This document shows, piece after piece, positions 9,628 to 19,909 of a stretch of DNA of 39,193 bases (position 1 is its first letter; each line of letters begins with the position of its first letter). Origin of the DNA: Promethearchaeota archaeon. GTDB taxonomy: Archaea; Asgardarchaeota; Lokiarchaeia; Sigyniarchaeales; SOKP01. Below the pieces are notes generated by a model that saw only the letters and a list, made by a program, of their open reading frames with translations, was not told the origin of the DNA and did no database searches. The stretch lies in NCBI GenBank assembly GCA_019058295.1, contig JAHPZI010000016.1:1-39193 (forward strand), in the 5' to 3' direction. The position numbers and the translations under genes are program-made.

Positions 9628-10263
9628 TTATCTTTTTTTAAGGTATTCTCCATATAATTTTGCTAGATGATACAATTCTGGAGAAGAAATTTGAAATTTA
9701 ACCAGGAAATCGTTAAAAATATTGTCGTAAAAATCTATAAGATCCTCATCCTTATCTTTAATTTCATAACCATATAAAAAGTCTAATTCCTTTGCTTTTT
9801 TAATTAAATCGATTTTGTTTATCCGCAAACTATCTGCAAGGACTGGTTTTCTAAAAATTTGAATTATATCTATTCCTACTAGAAAAGTTAAACCCCAAAA
9901 TGAAAAATTATCTTTAAATTCATCAAAATTTTCTTTAGTAAACTCGTTAATAGAATTTAAATCGTATAAATTTAACGCTAGAATCAAAATATCAAGTTTC
10001 TTAATCTTTTCATGGTTAAAAATAAATTCATTAAGGGTTTCAGCAAAAAAAACCTTAATTTTAATAGGAATTTGCTTATATACTATAAAATAATTAAAGA
10101 GACTTTTATCGTTTTCATTCGGTTCGGAAATTTTATCATCAATGGTCTTATTTTTCAAATAATCTAAGAATATTTCTCTTCCAGAGCCATTCTCAGAACT
10201 TTTTGAACCAACTATTCCTAAATGCAAGCTATAGCTAATTTTTTTCAAGAGATTTCTTTCCAA
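9628..10263 (-). CDS. Degenerate Ras-like small GTPase-fold protein
   Basis: Strand order typical of small GTPases (LGIVG..SGRE, IKIKVF, LDILILALNLYDLNS, TFLVGID) but lacks GKT, DxxG and NKxD. Confidence 0.5.
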   Translation of the reverse strand: MERNLLKKISYSLHLGIVGSKSSENGSGREIFLDYLKNKTIDDKISEPNENDKSLFNYFIVYKQIPIKIKVFFAETLNEFIFNHEKIKKLDILILALNLYDLNSINEFTKENFDEFKDNFSFWGLTFLVGIDIIQIFRKPVLADSLRINKIDLIKKAKELDFLYGYEIKDKDEDLIDFYDNIFNDFLVKFQISSPELYHLAKLYGEYLKKR

Positions 10264-10348
10264 AAATAATTTATAACTTAATATATTAAAAAAAACATTT
10301 TGATATTAAATTTTGATTAAATTTATCATTAACTTATATTGGTTTGAG

Positions 10349-11284
10349 ATGGCTTTAGTATATTTATTTCTAATTCTAATGGTTATTGCATGGAGTATGT
10401 CTTTCATAATTGTTGACATAGCAGTTGACTTTATTCCACCATTATCTTTAGCTTTGTATAGATTTATAATTGCTTCAGTTTGTTTTATAGTACTTGATAT
10501 TTATTTTAAGATTAGCAAAAAAAGAAAAAATCTAAATGAAAACGCTGAAAATAAAATAACTTCAAAATTTTCAATCAATCAATGGATATTAATCATCTTA
10601 GCGAGTTTTACAGGGGCATCACTCTTCTTTTTTGCTCAATATACAGCAATTCAAATAATAGGACCTTCACTACCTGCGTTATTTGTTTGTCTCTTAGCTC
10701 CTGTATTAATAGCGATATTTTCTATCTTTGTTTTTGGTGAAAAATTAAATAAATCAAAAATAATTGGATTTATAATTGCTTCATTGGGAGGTTTTTTATT
10801 AATAACTGGGGGTGACATAAGAACTCTATCTCCTAACTCCCCCTTATTTATAGCTTTATTGCTATCTTTGGCAACTCCCTTATTATGGGCGATCTATGCA
10901 ACTGCGATTAAAAAAGCATCGAAGTCAAAACCAAATTCGGATATTAAGATTCTTAAATATGTTGCTTATTTCGCAACAATCGAACTTTTGATTTTGGTCG
11001 TGCTGAATAACGAATTCTGGATTTTTATTGATAATTTTTTACATATCATTATATTTCTAAGTGCTCTCTATTTAGGATTTGTGTGCTATGTTCTAGGGTA
11101 TTATATTTGGCAAAATTCGCAAAACCAGCTTTCATCCTCAAAAGTTGCTTCATTCTTATATATCGAACCATTTTTAACCCTATTGTTTTCATTTATCCTT
11201 CAAAGAAGTGAGACCATTGTTTTATGGAATATAATAGGGGGGCTAATAGTTTTAATAGCTGTTATCATCATAAATTACAAATAA
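10349..11284 (+). CDS. DMT/EamA family transporter
   Basis: 10 TM; PPLSLALYRF, FGEKL...IG, VASFLYIEP. Confidence 0.9.
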   Translation: MALVYLFLILMVIAWSMSFIIVDIAVDFIPPLSLALYRFIIASVCFIVLDIYFKISKKRKNLNENAENKITSKFSINQWILIILASFTGASLFFFAQYTAIQIIGPSLPALFVCLLAPVLIAIFSIFVFGEKLNKSKIIGFIIASLGGFLLITGGDIRTLSPNSPLFIALLLSLATPLLWAIYATAIKKASKSKPNSDIKILKYVAYFATIELLILVVLNNEFWIFIDNFLHIIIFLSALYLGFVCYVLGYYIWQNSQNQLSSSKVASFLYIEPFLTLLFSFILQRSETIVLWNIIGGLIVLIAVIIINYK

Positions 11285-11411
11285 TCCGATTCTTTAAGAA
11301 ATCTTATTAGTTTCTCATTAATACAATTGTCAGTTTTATATTGAAACCTATTAAGATTAAAGTGAACTATTTAGGCTTTAAAATTAAATTAATTAAAAAA
11401 ATTATTGAAAT

Positions 11412-11702
11412 TTAAGTCTTATTCTTATCCTTCTTTTTATCAAATTCGAATGACTCAAATAAATCAAGATTTAGTTTTTTCGCTAAATCAAATCCCGTAT
11501 CAAAAATTAATTTCACTGATTGATAAAATAAATCTCCTAATACATTATCTACCTTGGAATCGCTATCATCATTAAGTTCCGAAAACATCTTTTTCATTTC
11601 GGAGGGATTTAATTGATCTCTGGTTTTTTCTTCAATTTTCTTATTCATTTCCACTACATCAACTTGAGTTCCATTCAAATTCGAATTATTTTTATTTTCC
11701 AT
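11412..11702 (-). CDS. Small hypothetical protein, co-transcribed with the PlsC-like gene
   Basis: GGAGG RBS, 96-aa ORF. Confidence 0.7.
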   Translation of the reverse strand: MENKNNSNLNGTQVDVVEMNKKIEEKTRDQLNPSEMKKMFSELNDDSDSKVDNVLGDLFYQSVKLIFDTGFDLAKKLNLDLFESFEFDKKKDKNKT

Positions 11703-11735
11703 TAACTTTATCCTCCTTTTTTTTAAAAATCTAAA

Positions 11736-12449
11736 TTATTGTATTTCATTATCATTTTCATCTTCATATTCAGGTATTATTCGGAGGTTATCAATAATAT
11801 TCAGCAATTCTTCAGCTAGTTCGTATCTCTCTGTTCGGTATTTTTCTCTAGTTAATTTACTTGATACACTAATTGGATTGCCAACTTTGACTCTTAATCC
11901 TGGAATTGGAATTAAATTTAATAATTTTGTCTCTTCAGTATGAATTGCTAATGGAATTATTGGAGATTTTCCTGCAACTGCAAATTTAATAATTCCTGCC
12001 ATAGATTTGACTTGAATATCTCGTTCCAATTTAGCCTCTGGAGTCATAGCAACAAGATCACCTTTCTCGTTTAATATTTTAAAAACATTATCGATTGGTT
12101 CCATATCTTCCTTATCTTTGGTGCCCCTAATCATTCCAATTGTTTTAAGAAGTTGACCTGCAATTGGATATGCCATTATTTTAGGATGGAGCATGAAATG
12201 TACTTTGCGTCCAGTTAATTGGCTTATTACTAACATGTCGCGAAAAACATTTTTTGATATAGTAGTTAAAATCGCTTTTCCTATTATAGGAATATTTTCT
12301 GCGCCTTCTACTTTTAAATCTGCTATTCCTTTTAATGCTATGCCACCAACCCCTTTTATAGCACTGTAAAGAAGATCTCCCACAAGCGCTTTTGTATCTA
12401 ACTTAGGCTTTTCTTCTTCTTTTTCCAGAATAACTTCATGTTCAACCAT
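11736..12449 (-). CDS. PlsC-like acyltransferase fold, catalytic His absent
   Basis: VEGAENIP, MTPEA (for FPEG), PIIPLAI, VKVGNPI; HxxxxD replaced by ISKNVFRD. Confidence 0.75.
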   Translation of the reverse strand: MVEHEVILEKEEEKPKLDTKALVGDLLYSAIKGVGGIALKGIADLKVEGAENIPIIGKAILTTISKNVFRDMLVISQLTGRKVHFMLHPKIMAYPIAGQLLKTIGMIRGTKDKEDMEPIDNVFKILNEKGDLVAMTPEAKLERDIQVKSMAGIIKFAVAGKSPIIPLAIHTEETKLLNLIPIPGLRVKVGNPISVSSKLTREKYRTERYELAEELLNIIDNLRIIPEYEDENDNEIQ

Positions 12450-12479
12450 ATTTTATAACCTCTTTTTATTTAAATCTCC

Positions 12480-12674
12480 TTAAAGTTTGTATATAAACTC
12501 ATTAACCTCTTCCATTCTATTTTCATAATACTCTTTAAGATCCTTCTCAGAAACGAAAGAAGGTATAACCTTTTCTGTAAAAATATCAAATATTGTGGAT
12601 AATTTTGACCTATGTTTTATAGTCTCGTAAAATTCCTTTCCTAAACTCCTTAAATCTTCTAAAAATTTTGACAT
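12480..12674 (-). CDS. Small hypothetical protein
   Basis: 64-aa ORF directly upstream of the PlsC-like gene. Confidence 0.6.
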   Translation of the reverse strand: MSKFLEDLRSLGKEFYETIKHRSKLSTIFDIFTEKVIPSFVSEKDLKEYYENRMEEVNEFIYKL

Positions 12675-12929
12675 ATCTTAGACATATTTTCTCAAACGAA
12701 TGTTTATTTTTATTGAAACTTTATTTATAAAACTTCTACCACCATTAAGAGTATTAATTCAAAGAATATTTTGAAAGGTATGAATCAAAGGAAAATATCG
12801 AATTTTCATATCTAAATACTACCTTCAATATTTTAATCAGCTTCGCAAAGCACGAAACTCAATTATTCATTAAGATAGAAATTTGACTTATGGCTAATTT
12901 TTGGTGAGAAAACTTTTAATTTAAAGATG

Positions 12930-13478
12930 TTAGAAGTTTTCTTCATCCGAAATTATTACCGCACCAATTGTGCCTAAAATCCCTGCTGTTAGCGCAATAT
13001 AGAAGCCAGGACCTAAACCCCATATAAACATAGCATAATAATACTCATCACCAATGGCACTACTAGTACTTCTGCCCCCGAAAAGAATTCCTCTTTCCAT
13101 AAAATATTTTAATTCGTCTGGATCAGCCATTGGCGAAAATAATGCTGCCAGAAATAATATAGGGCCCATAATTATAAAAATACCACCTACTATCCCAAGA
13201 ATCTTATTTGTTCTCATAATACCAACTAATAAGAGTAATGAACCAATCAAAGTTGAAAATCCTGCAATTATCCCGATTGGTCCTAAAATTTGGTGATTAT
13301 ATTCGTCAGTATAAACAGCTCCGAATGCGTTCAGACGGGTCCCACCAAAAAGCATATTCAAACCTCTCCCAAGAAGACCCAAGGAAAACCACCAAGAACC
13401 GTATAATGGGGAAATATAATATAAAAAAATACTTAAGAACCCAAAAAAGCATCCAAATTTAGCTAGTGTATGTTCCAT
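12930..13478 (-). CDS. Four-TM membrane protein (claudin/PMP22-like topology)
   Basis: 4 hydrophobic helices; WGLGPGFYIA before the last TM. Confidence 0.65.
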   Translation of the reverse strand: MEHTLAKFGCFFGFLSIFLYYISPLYGSWWFSLGLLGRGLNMLFGGTRLNAFGAVYTDEYNHQILGPIGIIAGFSTLIGSLLLLVGIMRTNKILGIVGGIFIIMGPILFLAALFSPMADPDELKYFMERGILFGGRSTSSAIGDEYYYAMFIWGLGPGFYIALTAGILGTIGAVIISDEENF

Positions 13479-13647
13479 GATTTTATCTCTTAGTTTAGTA
13501 AATTATAGACAATATAATCAAATTTAAATTTTTCTTTATTTGCCTAATTTAGAAAGTTCTCTCCCTTTTTATGAATATATTATAAGTTATTTAAAAATAA
13601 ATGAAACATTAATAATTATAAAAAATGAGTAATAGATTTGTTATATA

Positions 13648-13884
13648 ATGACAAACACGTCCATTAATTCACATGTTGCGGTCTTAGATATTAAAGCATG
13701 CTTAGGCTGTGGAAAATGTATTGATATATGTCCGACAGACGCAATTCCTCCACTTTTAGGACTCTATTCGAGATTACTCGAAATAGATAAAATTAAATGT
13801 AATGGATGTGGTGAATGTGTTCCCATTTGTCCTCATAATGCAATAAACTTAGTAGAATTATCTAAAACAAAAAATCAAATTTAA
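13648..13884 (+). CDS. 2x[4Fe-4S] ferredoxin
   Basis: CLGCGKCIDICP and CNGCGECVPICP. Confidence 0.92.
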   Translation: MTNTSINSHVAVLDIKACLGCGKCIDICPTDAIPPLLGLYSRLLEIDKIKCNGCGECVPICPHNAINLVELSKTKNQI

Positions 13885-13930
13885 GATTTTTTAGTTAAAA
13901 TGAGCTGATTTTAGAGTTTTTTTGAGAAAT

Positions 13931-13943
13931 AAAAAAAAAAAAA
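13931..13943 (-). terminator. Poly-T archaeal-type terminator
   Basis: T13 on the minus strand 7 nt after the stop of 13951-14820, between convergent genes. Confidence 0.5.
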
Positions 13944-13950
13944 GAATTAT

Positions 13951-14820
13951 CTAATTATCAAATGGATCTGCTAAAGGTCCTGAAATTCCAATTTTTTCAG
14001 CAATTTTTAATATATACTTTTTTCTATGGTTGTGCGTTATATCTAAGAGTATTAGAGCTGGAAAAGATAGAATTGTGATACCTATTGGTAATGTCGGATA
14101 AAATACAATGAACATAATACTCATACCTTGAACTCCTTTCGCAATTTCCATAACTTCAAACATATACCAGAAAAAAGCATAAAAAGAGAGAATAACTGAA
14201 ATCCCAGCATAACCTTTCAATAGATAATTATACCAACCGCCTACACTCCTAACTTCAGTTGGTTGAGCTAAATCTTTTACTTTTTCTTTGTTAGTATAAA
14301 CAATACCAGCATCTAGCAAAAACCACACTGATGAAAATATTCCCATAGATATACCCGTCATTAAAGCTAATAATGCAAGAAGAGTTACCATAGCAACTTG
14401 TTCATTATCTGAGCTATTTACAGCAATTCTCTGCACCCATGAAGTAAATGCAAACATTAAAGCAAAATTTATCGCCATTAATGCAGGAAACAACCCCTTT
14501 AAAAAGTATTTTTTGAATTTTTCTGGTTTTTCTTTATCTTGTACCCCGTAAATCATTTTCCGTCCGATTATCTTTTTATGGGCATAGAGATATAATGGAC
14601 CTAAAGCGTATCCAACGAAAACTCCTCCAATAATAGCACAAATAGTTATCATAATAAACATATATACGATATCATGGGCTGCGTTATTGGTTGGAGAAAA
14701 TCTGATCCAGTTTCGACCTACTGCCTCCGGATTATTACCTACAATAATCACTAAAACAAGTAAAATTAAATTTAAAATTATATATATCAATAGTGGTTTC
14801 ATATATTTTTTAACAGTCAT
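13951..14820 (-). CDS. Hypothetical polytopic membrane protein
   Basis: About 6 TM; WFLLDAGIVY, VGGWYNYLLKGYAG. Confidence 0.75.
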   Translation of the reverse strand: MTVKKYMKPLLIYIILNLILLVLVIIVGNNPEAVGRNWIRFSPTNNAAHDIVYMFIMITICAIIGGVFVGYALGPLYLYAHKKIIGRKMIYGVQDKEKPEKFKKYFLKGLFPALMAINFALMFAFTSWVQRIAVNSSDNEQVAMVTLLALLALMTGISMGIFSSVWFLLDAGIVYTNKEKVKDLAQPTEVRSVGGWYNYLLKGYAGISVILSFYAFFWYMFEVMEIAKGVQGMSIMFIVFYPTLPIGITILSFPALILLDITHNHRKKYILKIAEKIGISGPLADPFDN

Positions 14821-14959
14821 TTTTTTTACTCTAAAACAATTTTTAGAATTATCTAATAGAAATATTAAGTAAAATTTTAAGTTATACTAAGTCTTCAAAA
14901 ACATTTCCGCTTGTTTTAGAGTATTATTCATATAAATCAAGATAATATGAAATTAAAAA

Positions 14960-15988
14960 TTAAAAAACCTCCCATTTTCCACAGCGACTTCCCCATCGAG
15001 CTATCACCTTATCCTCCTCATCTGGCATTTTAACTTGAATAATTTCACAATTATTGGGACAATCACCGCAGTTAAAGGCTGACGTGACAAATTCAATTTC
15101 TGCAACTTCAAATCCCCTAAATACAGTTTCAGTTTCATGATTAAGGTAATGATCTCTCACTAGAATTGCCATACCTATTGCCCCCATTAAAACGTTATGC
15201 TTAGGGACAACCACTTTAACACCAAGGTGTCTTTCAAAAGCTTGTACAATCCCTGCATTAAAAGATACACCGCCTTGAAAAACAATTGGAGACTCTAAAT
15301 CTTTTCCCTTGGATAAATTATTCAAATAGTTGCGAACCAATGAATCGCATAAACCAGCGATAATATCTTCACGGGAATATCCCGCATTTTGCTTATGAAT
15401 CATATCAGATTCAGCAAATACAGTACATCTCCCGGCTATTGAAACTGGATTTGTTGATTTTATAGCATAACTTCCAAATTCCTCAATAGGGATTTCAAGC
15501 CTTGAAGCTTGATGATCAAGGAAAGAACCAGTCCCAGCTGCGCAGACAGAATTCATCGCAAAATCAATTATGATTCCATCTCTGAGGAGGATCATCTTCG
15601 AGTCTTGCCCTCCAATCTCCAATATTGTTCTCACATCAGGATATTCAGATTGTGCGCCTACTGCATGTGCTATAATCTCTGTCTTAGCAAGATCTCCGCC
15701 AACAACTGCTTTAGTTAAATATCTAGCGGAACCAGTAGTACCACAAGCCCGTATTGCATACCCTTGCAATTCTCCACTTTCCTCTACTTGCTTTCTTAAT
15801 TGTGCCATTCCATCTTTAACAGAGTCGATAGGTGACCCCTTATTTCTTAAGAACACGCTTGTAAGTACATTCCCATCTGTGTCTATTAGAACAAATTTTA
15901 AACTTACACTTCCCACATCTATACCTAGGAAAGCGTCTTTTTTACTATCACTCGAAATAGTCTTATCTGAAACTTGTACCATTTTCAT
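14960..15988 (-). CDS. CoA-substrate-specific enzyme activase (BcrAD/BadFG/HgdC ASKHA ATPase) with C-terminal Cys motif
   Basis: LGIDVGSVSLK, TEIIAH, EIGGQDSK, MNSVCAAGTGSFLD, RCTVFAESD, FQGGV, CGDCPNNC...RC. Confidence 0.92.
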   Translation of the reverse strand: MKMVQVSDKTISSDSKKDAFLGIDVGSVSLKFVLIDTDGNVLTSVFLRNKGSPIDSVKDGMAQLRKQVEESGELQGYAIRACGTTGSARYLTKAVVGGDLAKTEIIAHAVGAQSEYPDVRTILEIGGQDSKMILLRDGIIIDFAMNSVCAAGTGSFLDHQASRLEIPIEEFGSYAIKSTNPVSIAGRCTVFAESDMIHKQNAGYSREDIIAGLCDSLVRNYLNNLSKGKDLESPIVFQGGVSFNAGIVQAFERHLGVKVVVPKHNVLMGAIGMAILVRDHYLNHETETVFRGFEVAEIEFVTSAFNCGDCPNNCEIIQVKMPDEEDKVIARWGSRCGKWEVF

Positions 15989-15995
15989 TTAACCT

Positions 15996-17183
15996 CTATT
16001 TTGTCTGAACAAATTGAACACATTCATTATAAAAATTATTTCCGTAATGATCATAAGCGATTTTTTTATATGCATCTATTGAAATTTTTTGATCCTCAAT
16101 TTTTTTATCTCGTCTAGCGTGCAGTAAGTCCACAAAAGCTTCCAGTCTCGTACGGAAGCCTTCAGAACCACTCTGCTCGTCAAATGAGAAATAAATTACA
16201 GGTAAATCATATATCTTTTGGAGGTGATTTGTAATAATTGTTCGGGCAGTAACCTCAGGCATGCAGGTGAAAGGATATTGATGCACAAATCCATCAAATC
16301 CGGCTGTAGCTGTATCAATATATTCCCCAATCACCCATACCGCTTCTCCCCCAATATCCATAGGTAAATGAGGACGTGCAAGATGCTCAAGCCACTTCCT
16401 GTGGTAATTGAGATGGAATTTATGAACAATCCAATCATATAAAGAAATGCTTTGATTAATTAATACACCCATTTCCCCTAATTTCCGTCTAATATCGAGA
16501 TTAACGTAAGGTTCTAAACTGATATGGATCTCTCCTGAAATTCCTACTCTTAAGGGATTGCGAGTCTTATCAATATCCATATTATTAAATGTATCTTTTA
16601 TAACGTTGCGGAATGCACGCAATCCTTGAATTGTATTAGTTTCGTCCAGTTGTTTTACTAATTTATTAACTACTCTAGTAGTATCTCCTTGATTTCGCTC
16701 ATAAGCCCGAAAAATTCCTTCTGCAGTTTGAATATCTTCAAGGTGTTTAGCTTTTTTCAGGAAAAACCTGACAGCTTTTAGAGCTTTTGTATACAACGTC
16801 AATCTGTTGGAAGGACCAATCTTGAATATGAGTCTGAGCCACCGGAACGATAGTAAATCAGCTTGGTCAAGAGGAATTAGTCTAAAGTTTTTATACCCCA
16901 TTTCTTTTAAAAGCCGCTCCTGAACGCTGGCATAAAATCCGAAACGGCAGGGTCCGCAATCAATGGCCATAATTAGGGTATCTGCTCCCTTGTCAAGTGC
17001 GTTTTTGAGATCTCCGAGTGTTGCTTTAAAAGGAAAGCAAACAAATTCGGGACTGTATTTTACGCCTATTTTTATTGCTTCTCGATTAGTAGGGTCAGGT
17101 AAAACTACATCTACACCCATACATTCAACTAATGTTTTGAAAGCTACCCGACTAAGACCCATATTTGGAAATGAAGCTAGCAT
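15996..17183 (-). CDS. 2-hydroxyacyl-CoA dehydratase/PlsR-like reductase subunit
   Basis: CFPFK, CGPCRFGFY, GEI, PFTCMPE, FDEQSGSEGFRTRLEAF. Confidence 0.82.
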   Translation of the reverse strand: MLASFPNMGLSRVAFKTLVECMGVDVVLPDPTNREAIKIGVKYSPEFVCFPFKATLGDLKNALDKGADTLIMAIDCGPCRFGFYASVQERLLKEMGYKNFRLIPLDQADLLSFRWLRLIFKIGPSNRLTLYTKALKAVRFFLKKAKHLEDIQTAEGIFRAYERNQGDTTRVVNKLVKQLDETNTIQGLRAFRNVIKDTFNNMDIDKTRNPLRVGISGEIHISLEPYVNLDIRRKLGEMGVLINQSISLYDWIVHKFHLNYHRKWLEHLARPHLPMDIGGEAVWVIGEYIDTATAGFDGFVHQYPFTCMPEVTARTIITNHLQKIYDLPVIYFSFDEQSGSEGFRTRLEAFVDLLHARRDKKIEDQKISIDAYKKIAYDHYGNNFYNECVQFVQTK

Positions 17184-17200
17184 ATTAAACTTTATACCTC

Positions 17201-18232
17201 CTATGATACTTTTATCGTTGATTTAATCTTTTGCTTTGATGCAGCTCTTTGTTTTTGTTTCTTCCTTTTAATCATATCGGTAAAACTTTCTATTCGAGTG
17301 AGCAGCCCTGCGTCTCCACTGTGCTCGTCTATTATAATTGCGAGATAAGGAATTCCGACAGCTTTCATATCATGCATTATTAATTCTGAGATAAGGCTAT
17401 CAGGACCACAAGCGAAGCTTATGAGGAAGATTACCCCATCAATTTCATTACGCCCTTTAGTTAAAAAATATCTAATTGCCTGCATAATTTCTTCTTCATG
17501 TCTCCAATAGTTCAAAAGTTTCTTGTTGACAATAACTTGTTCCTTAAAAATATGCTCGGGCAAATTTTCAATCGTGATAACCTCAACATCTTGATCGTTC
17601 AATTTTTTTGCGAAATCTAAATTTACATAAGTATCAAAGAGATTATAAGCATGTCCTAATAATAGGAATTTAATAGAACCCTTACTTTTTCTTTTTGGCA
17701 CTTTGAAAGAGACGTCTCTTAACACTAGCCTTAAAGCATGAATGACAGAAACTCCTTTCCTTAAAAATTCTAAATACTCATCGTAATATTTTTGGGCTTT
17801 TTTATATGCCTCTAAGGAAGCTGATTGACTTTTACCTAATTGCTTACCAAGTTCTATTACTGCTGTGGCAATCGGAAATTCTTTCACATTTACTTCAAAA
17901 TTTAATAATCTTGGGCAATTTGGCAGAATTTTAATAACATCCGGGAGAGATATCCATTTTGGACACCAGTAGGATTCCTTTAATTCAGAAACATATCTCG
18001 GAACGAATAGAAAGTCTAAATCAGGATGTTCCTCTACTAATTGGAGCGCATGGCCGTAATAAACTTTCACAGGTAGACATAGTTCTCCAAATCCATGCAT
18101 TACTCCTACTTCTACTAATTTTTTATTAGTTGGTGAACTAAGGATTATTTCGACATTCAATTCATCAAATAATTTTTTCCAAAAAGGGAAGAATTTGTAA
18201 TAGTGGAGTGCTCTAGGAATACCAACTTTCAT
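17201..18232 (-). CDS. DUF2229 acyl-CoA dehydratase activase-related subunit
   Basis: KVGIPRAL, LCLPVKVYYGH, CPK, GHAYN, SFACGPD, DEHSGDAGLLTRIESF. Confidence 0.85.
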   Translation of the reverse strand: MKVGIPRALHYYKFFPFWKKLFDELNVEIILSSPTNKKLVEVGVMHGFGELCLPVKVYYGHALQLVEEHPDLDFLFVPRYVSELKESYWCPKWISLPDVIKILPNCPRLLNFEVNVKEFPIATAVIELGKQLGKSQSASLEAYKKAQKYYDEYLEFLRKGVSVIHALRLVLRDVSFKVPKRKSKGSIKFLLLGHAYNLFDTYVNLDFAKKLNDQDVEVITIENLPEHIFKEQVIVNKKLLNYWRHEEEIMQAIRYFLTKGRNEIDGVIFLISFACGPDSLISELIMHDMKAVGIPYLAIIIDEHSGDAGLLTRIESFTDMIKRKKQKQRAASKQKIKSTIKVS

Positions 18233-18235
18233 TTT

Positions 18236-19891
18236 TTAAACATTAGGGTTATTATAAAACATTAAATCCTTAATTCTTTCCATCAAGATATTAGTTAATC
18301 TTCTAAGCTCGTCATATTTTGGCATTGGTTTATCGAAATACTGTGAATGCTCCATAAAAGGTTCTCCAGCCTTCATTATACATCCTTTTCCAAAATTGAG
18401 CATTTTTGCATGTTTTGGATATATATTTTCAGTACCAGTTACTCCAACGGGTATAATAGGTACTTTTGTCTCGATAGCCAAGCGAACTGCTCCTGCATGG
18501 CCTTCTAATAAATCACCCCCTCCTAGATTGGTTGTTCCCTCAGGATAAACAACAACAAGCTGACCCTCTTCTAATCGATCTTTGCCAGTATTGTACGAGC
18601 TTATATCATGTTCTCCTCTTCTTAATGGAAATGCGTGATGTGTTCTTACCCAAGCGTTTACGATTGGTATTTTGAATAAAGATTCTTTTGCCATTTGATA
18701 TAATTGTCTACCTCCATTTTGCCATATGGCTAAAGGAAGCATTAATACATCCCATTCTGAGTTATGGCCACACGCAATAAGCGCTCCACCTTCTTGAGGT
18801 ATATGTTTATCAAAATCTATGACTTTAATAGGATTAATTAAATCAGTATAAGCAGTTAATAAAACACCTGTTAAGCCATATATTGGCTTTGTAAATGCGT
18901 CTCGTGCTCCGATCATATCTAAGGTTTTAAGAAGTGCATACCAAAAATCGTCGACACTCCATAAAATATGATGTTGTATATTTTTAAGGATTCCTTTAAA
19001 TCCACTTGATTTAGGTTTATCTTCCATATCTTTAGGATATCCAATCGATAATTCTTTTGCTTCCTCGTCATCGCCTTCATATAATTTAATTAAAACCTCT
19101 CGTAATTCATCAGTTAATCTTCTAATGTCAGGATAAGATGGTTCCTTCCCATAATAATCATCATAATAAATTGGTTCTCCGCACCGACAAGTTACTTTAG
19201 TTGGTTTCATTACTAACTTGCCTTTTGGAAGTGCATTGCGAGATCCTAAAACTACGAATGGTACTATTGGTACACCCATTTCAATTGCAAGTCTAACAGC
19301 TCCAGTACGAAATTCTCCCATTTCTCCGTTCTCAGCTCGAGTTCCTTCAGGGAATATGCCTACATACTCTCCATTTTTAAGTAATTCCCTCGCTTTATTA
19401 GTCCCCTCATCTGGATTATCACGATCAAGCTCGAAAGCACCTAAATTTTTGAAAAGAGTAGTTACTATGGGCGTTTTAAAATTTTCTTTTTTAGACATCC
19501 ATCTAATTGGTCTATGGACTGCTCCCCCAACAAAGAATGGATCTAAATGGGAATTATGATTTGATACTATTACCGCACCACCATGCTCAGGAGGTATTGG
19601 ACCCTCTACTCTATAGTTCCAAAAAAGACGCATCGCTGATTTACACCAAAAAGCATAAGCAAGCCACCATTGGAATTCATCAACTTCATCTTGTATTGTG
19701 AACTTTTCGCAGATAGAACGTAATATGTTATTTATATAATCAATAGGATTATGTTTTAATATTTTATATAGGGCTTTTTCATGAGGTTTCTCATATTCAA
19801 GTTCTTTATCTTTCTCTTCAATTTCGAATTTTACTTTTTCTTTTTTTATTTGTTTTTCTGATTCTTTTAAATCAATTTTAGGAATTTCCAT
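18236..19891 (-). CDS. plsC: Tandem double-domain lysophospholipid acyltransferase (PlsC family)
   Basis: Domain 1 SNHNSHLD...FPEGTR; domain 2 GHNSEWD...YPEGTT; both have GAVRLAIE..VPI.P. Confidence 0.9.
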   Translation of the reverse strand: MEIPKIDLKESEKQIKKEKVKFEIEEKDKELEYEKPHEKALYKILKHNPIDYINNILRSICEKFTIQDEVDEFQWWLAYAFWCKSAMRLFWNYRVEGPIPPEHGGAVIVSNHNSHLDPFFVGGAVHRPIRWMSKKENFKTPIVTTLFKNLGAFELDRDNPDEGTNKARELLKNGEYVGIFPEGTRAENGEMGEFRTGAVRLAIEMGVPIVPFVVLGSRNALPKGKLVMKPTKVTCRCGEPIYYDDYYGKEPSYPDIRRLTDELREVLIKLYEGDDEEAKELSIGYPKDMEDKPKSSGFKGILKNIQHHILWSVDDFWYALLKTLDMIGARDAFTKPIYGLTGVLLTAYTDLINPIKVIDFDKHIPQEGGALIACGHNSEWDVLMLPLAIWQNGGRQLYQMAKESLFKIPIVNAWVRTHHAFPLRRGEHDISSYNTGKDRLEEGQLVVVYPEGTTNLGGGDLLEGHAGAVRLAIETKVPIIPVGVTGTENIYPKHAKMLNFGKGCIMKAGEPFMEHSQYFDKPMPKYDELRRLTNILMERIKDLMFYNNPNV

Positions 19892-19909
19892 TTATCATAA
19901 CCTCTTATT

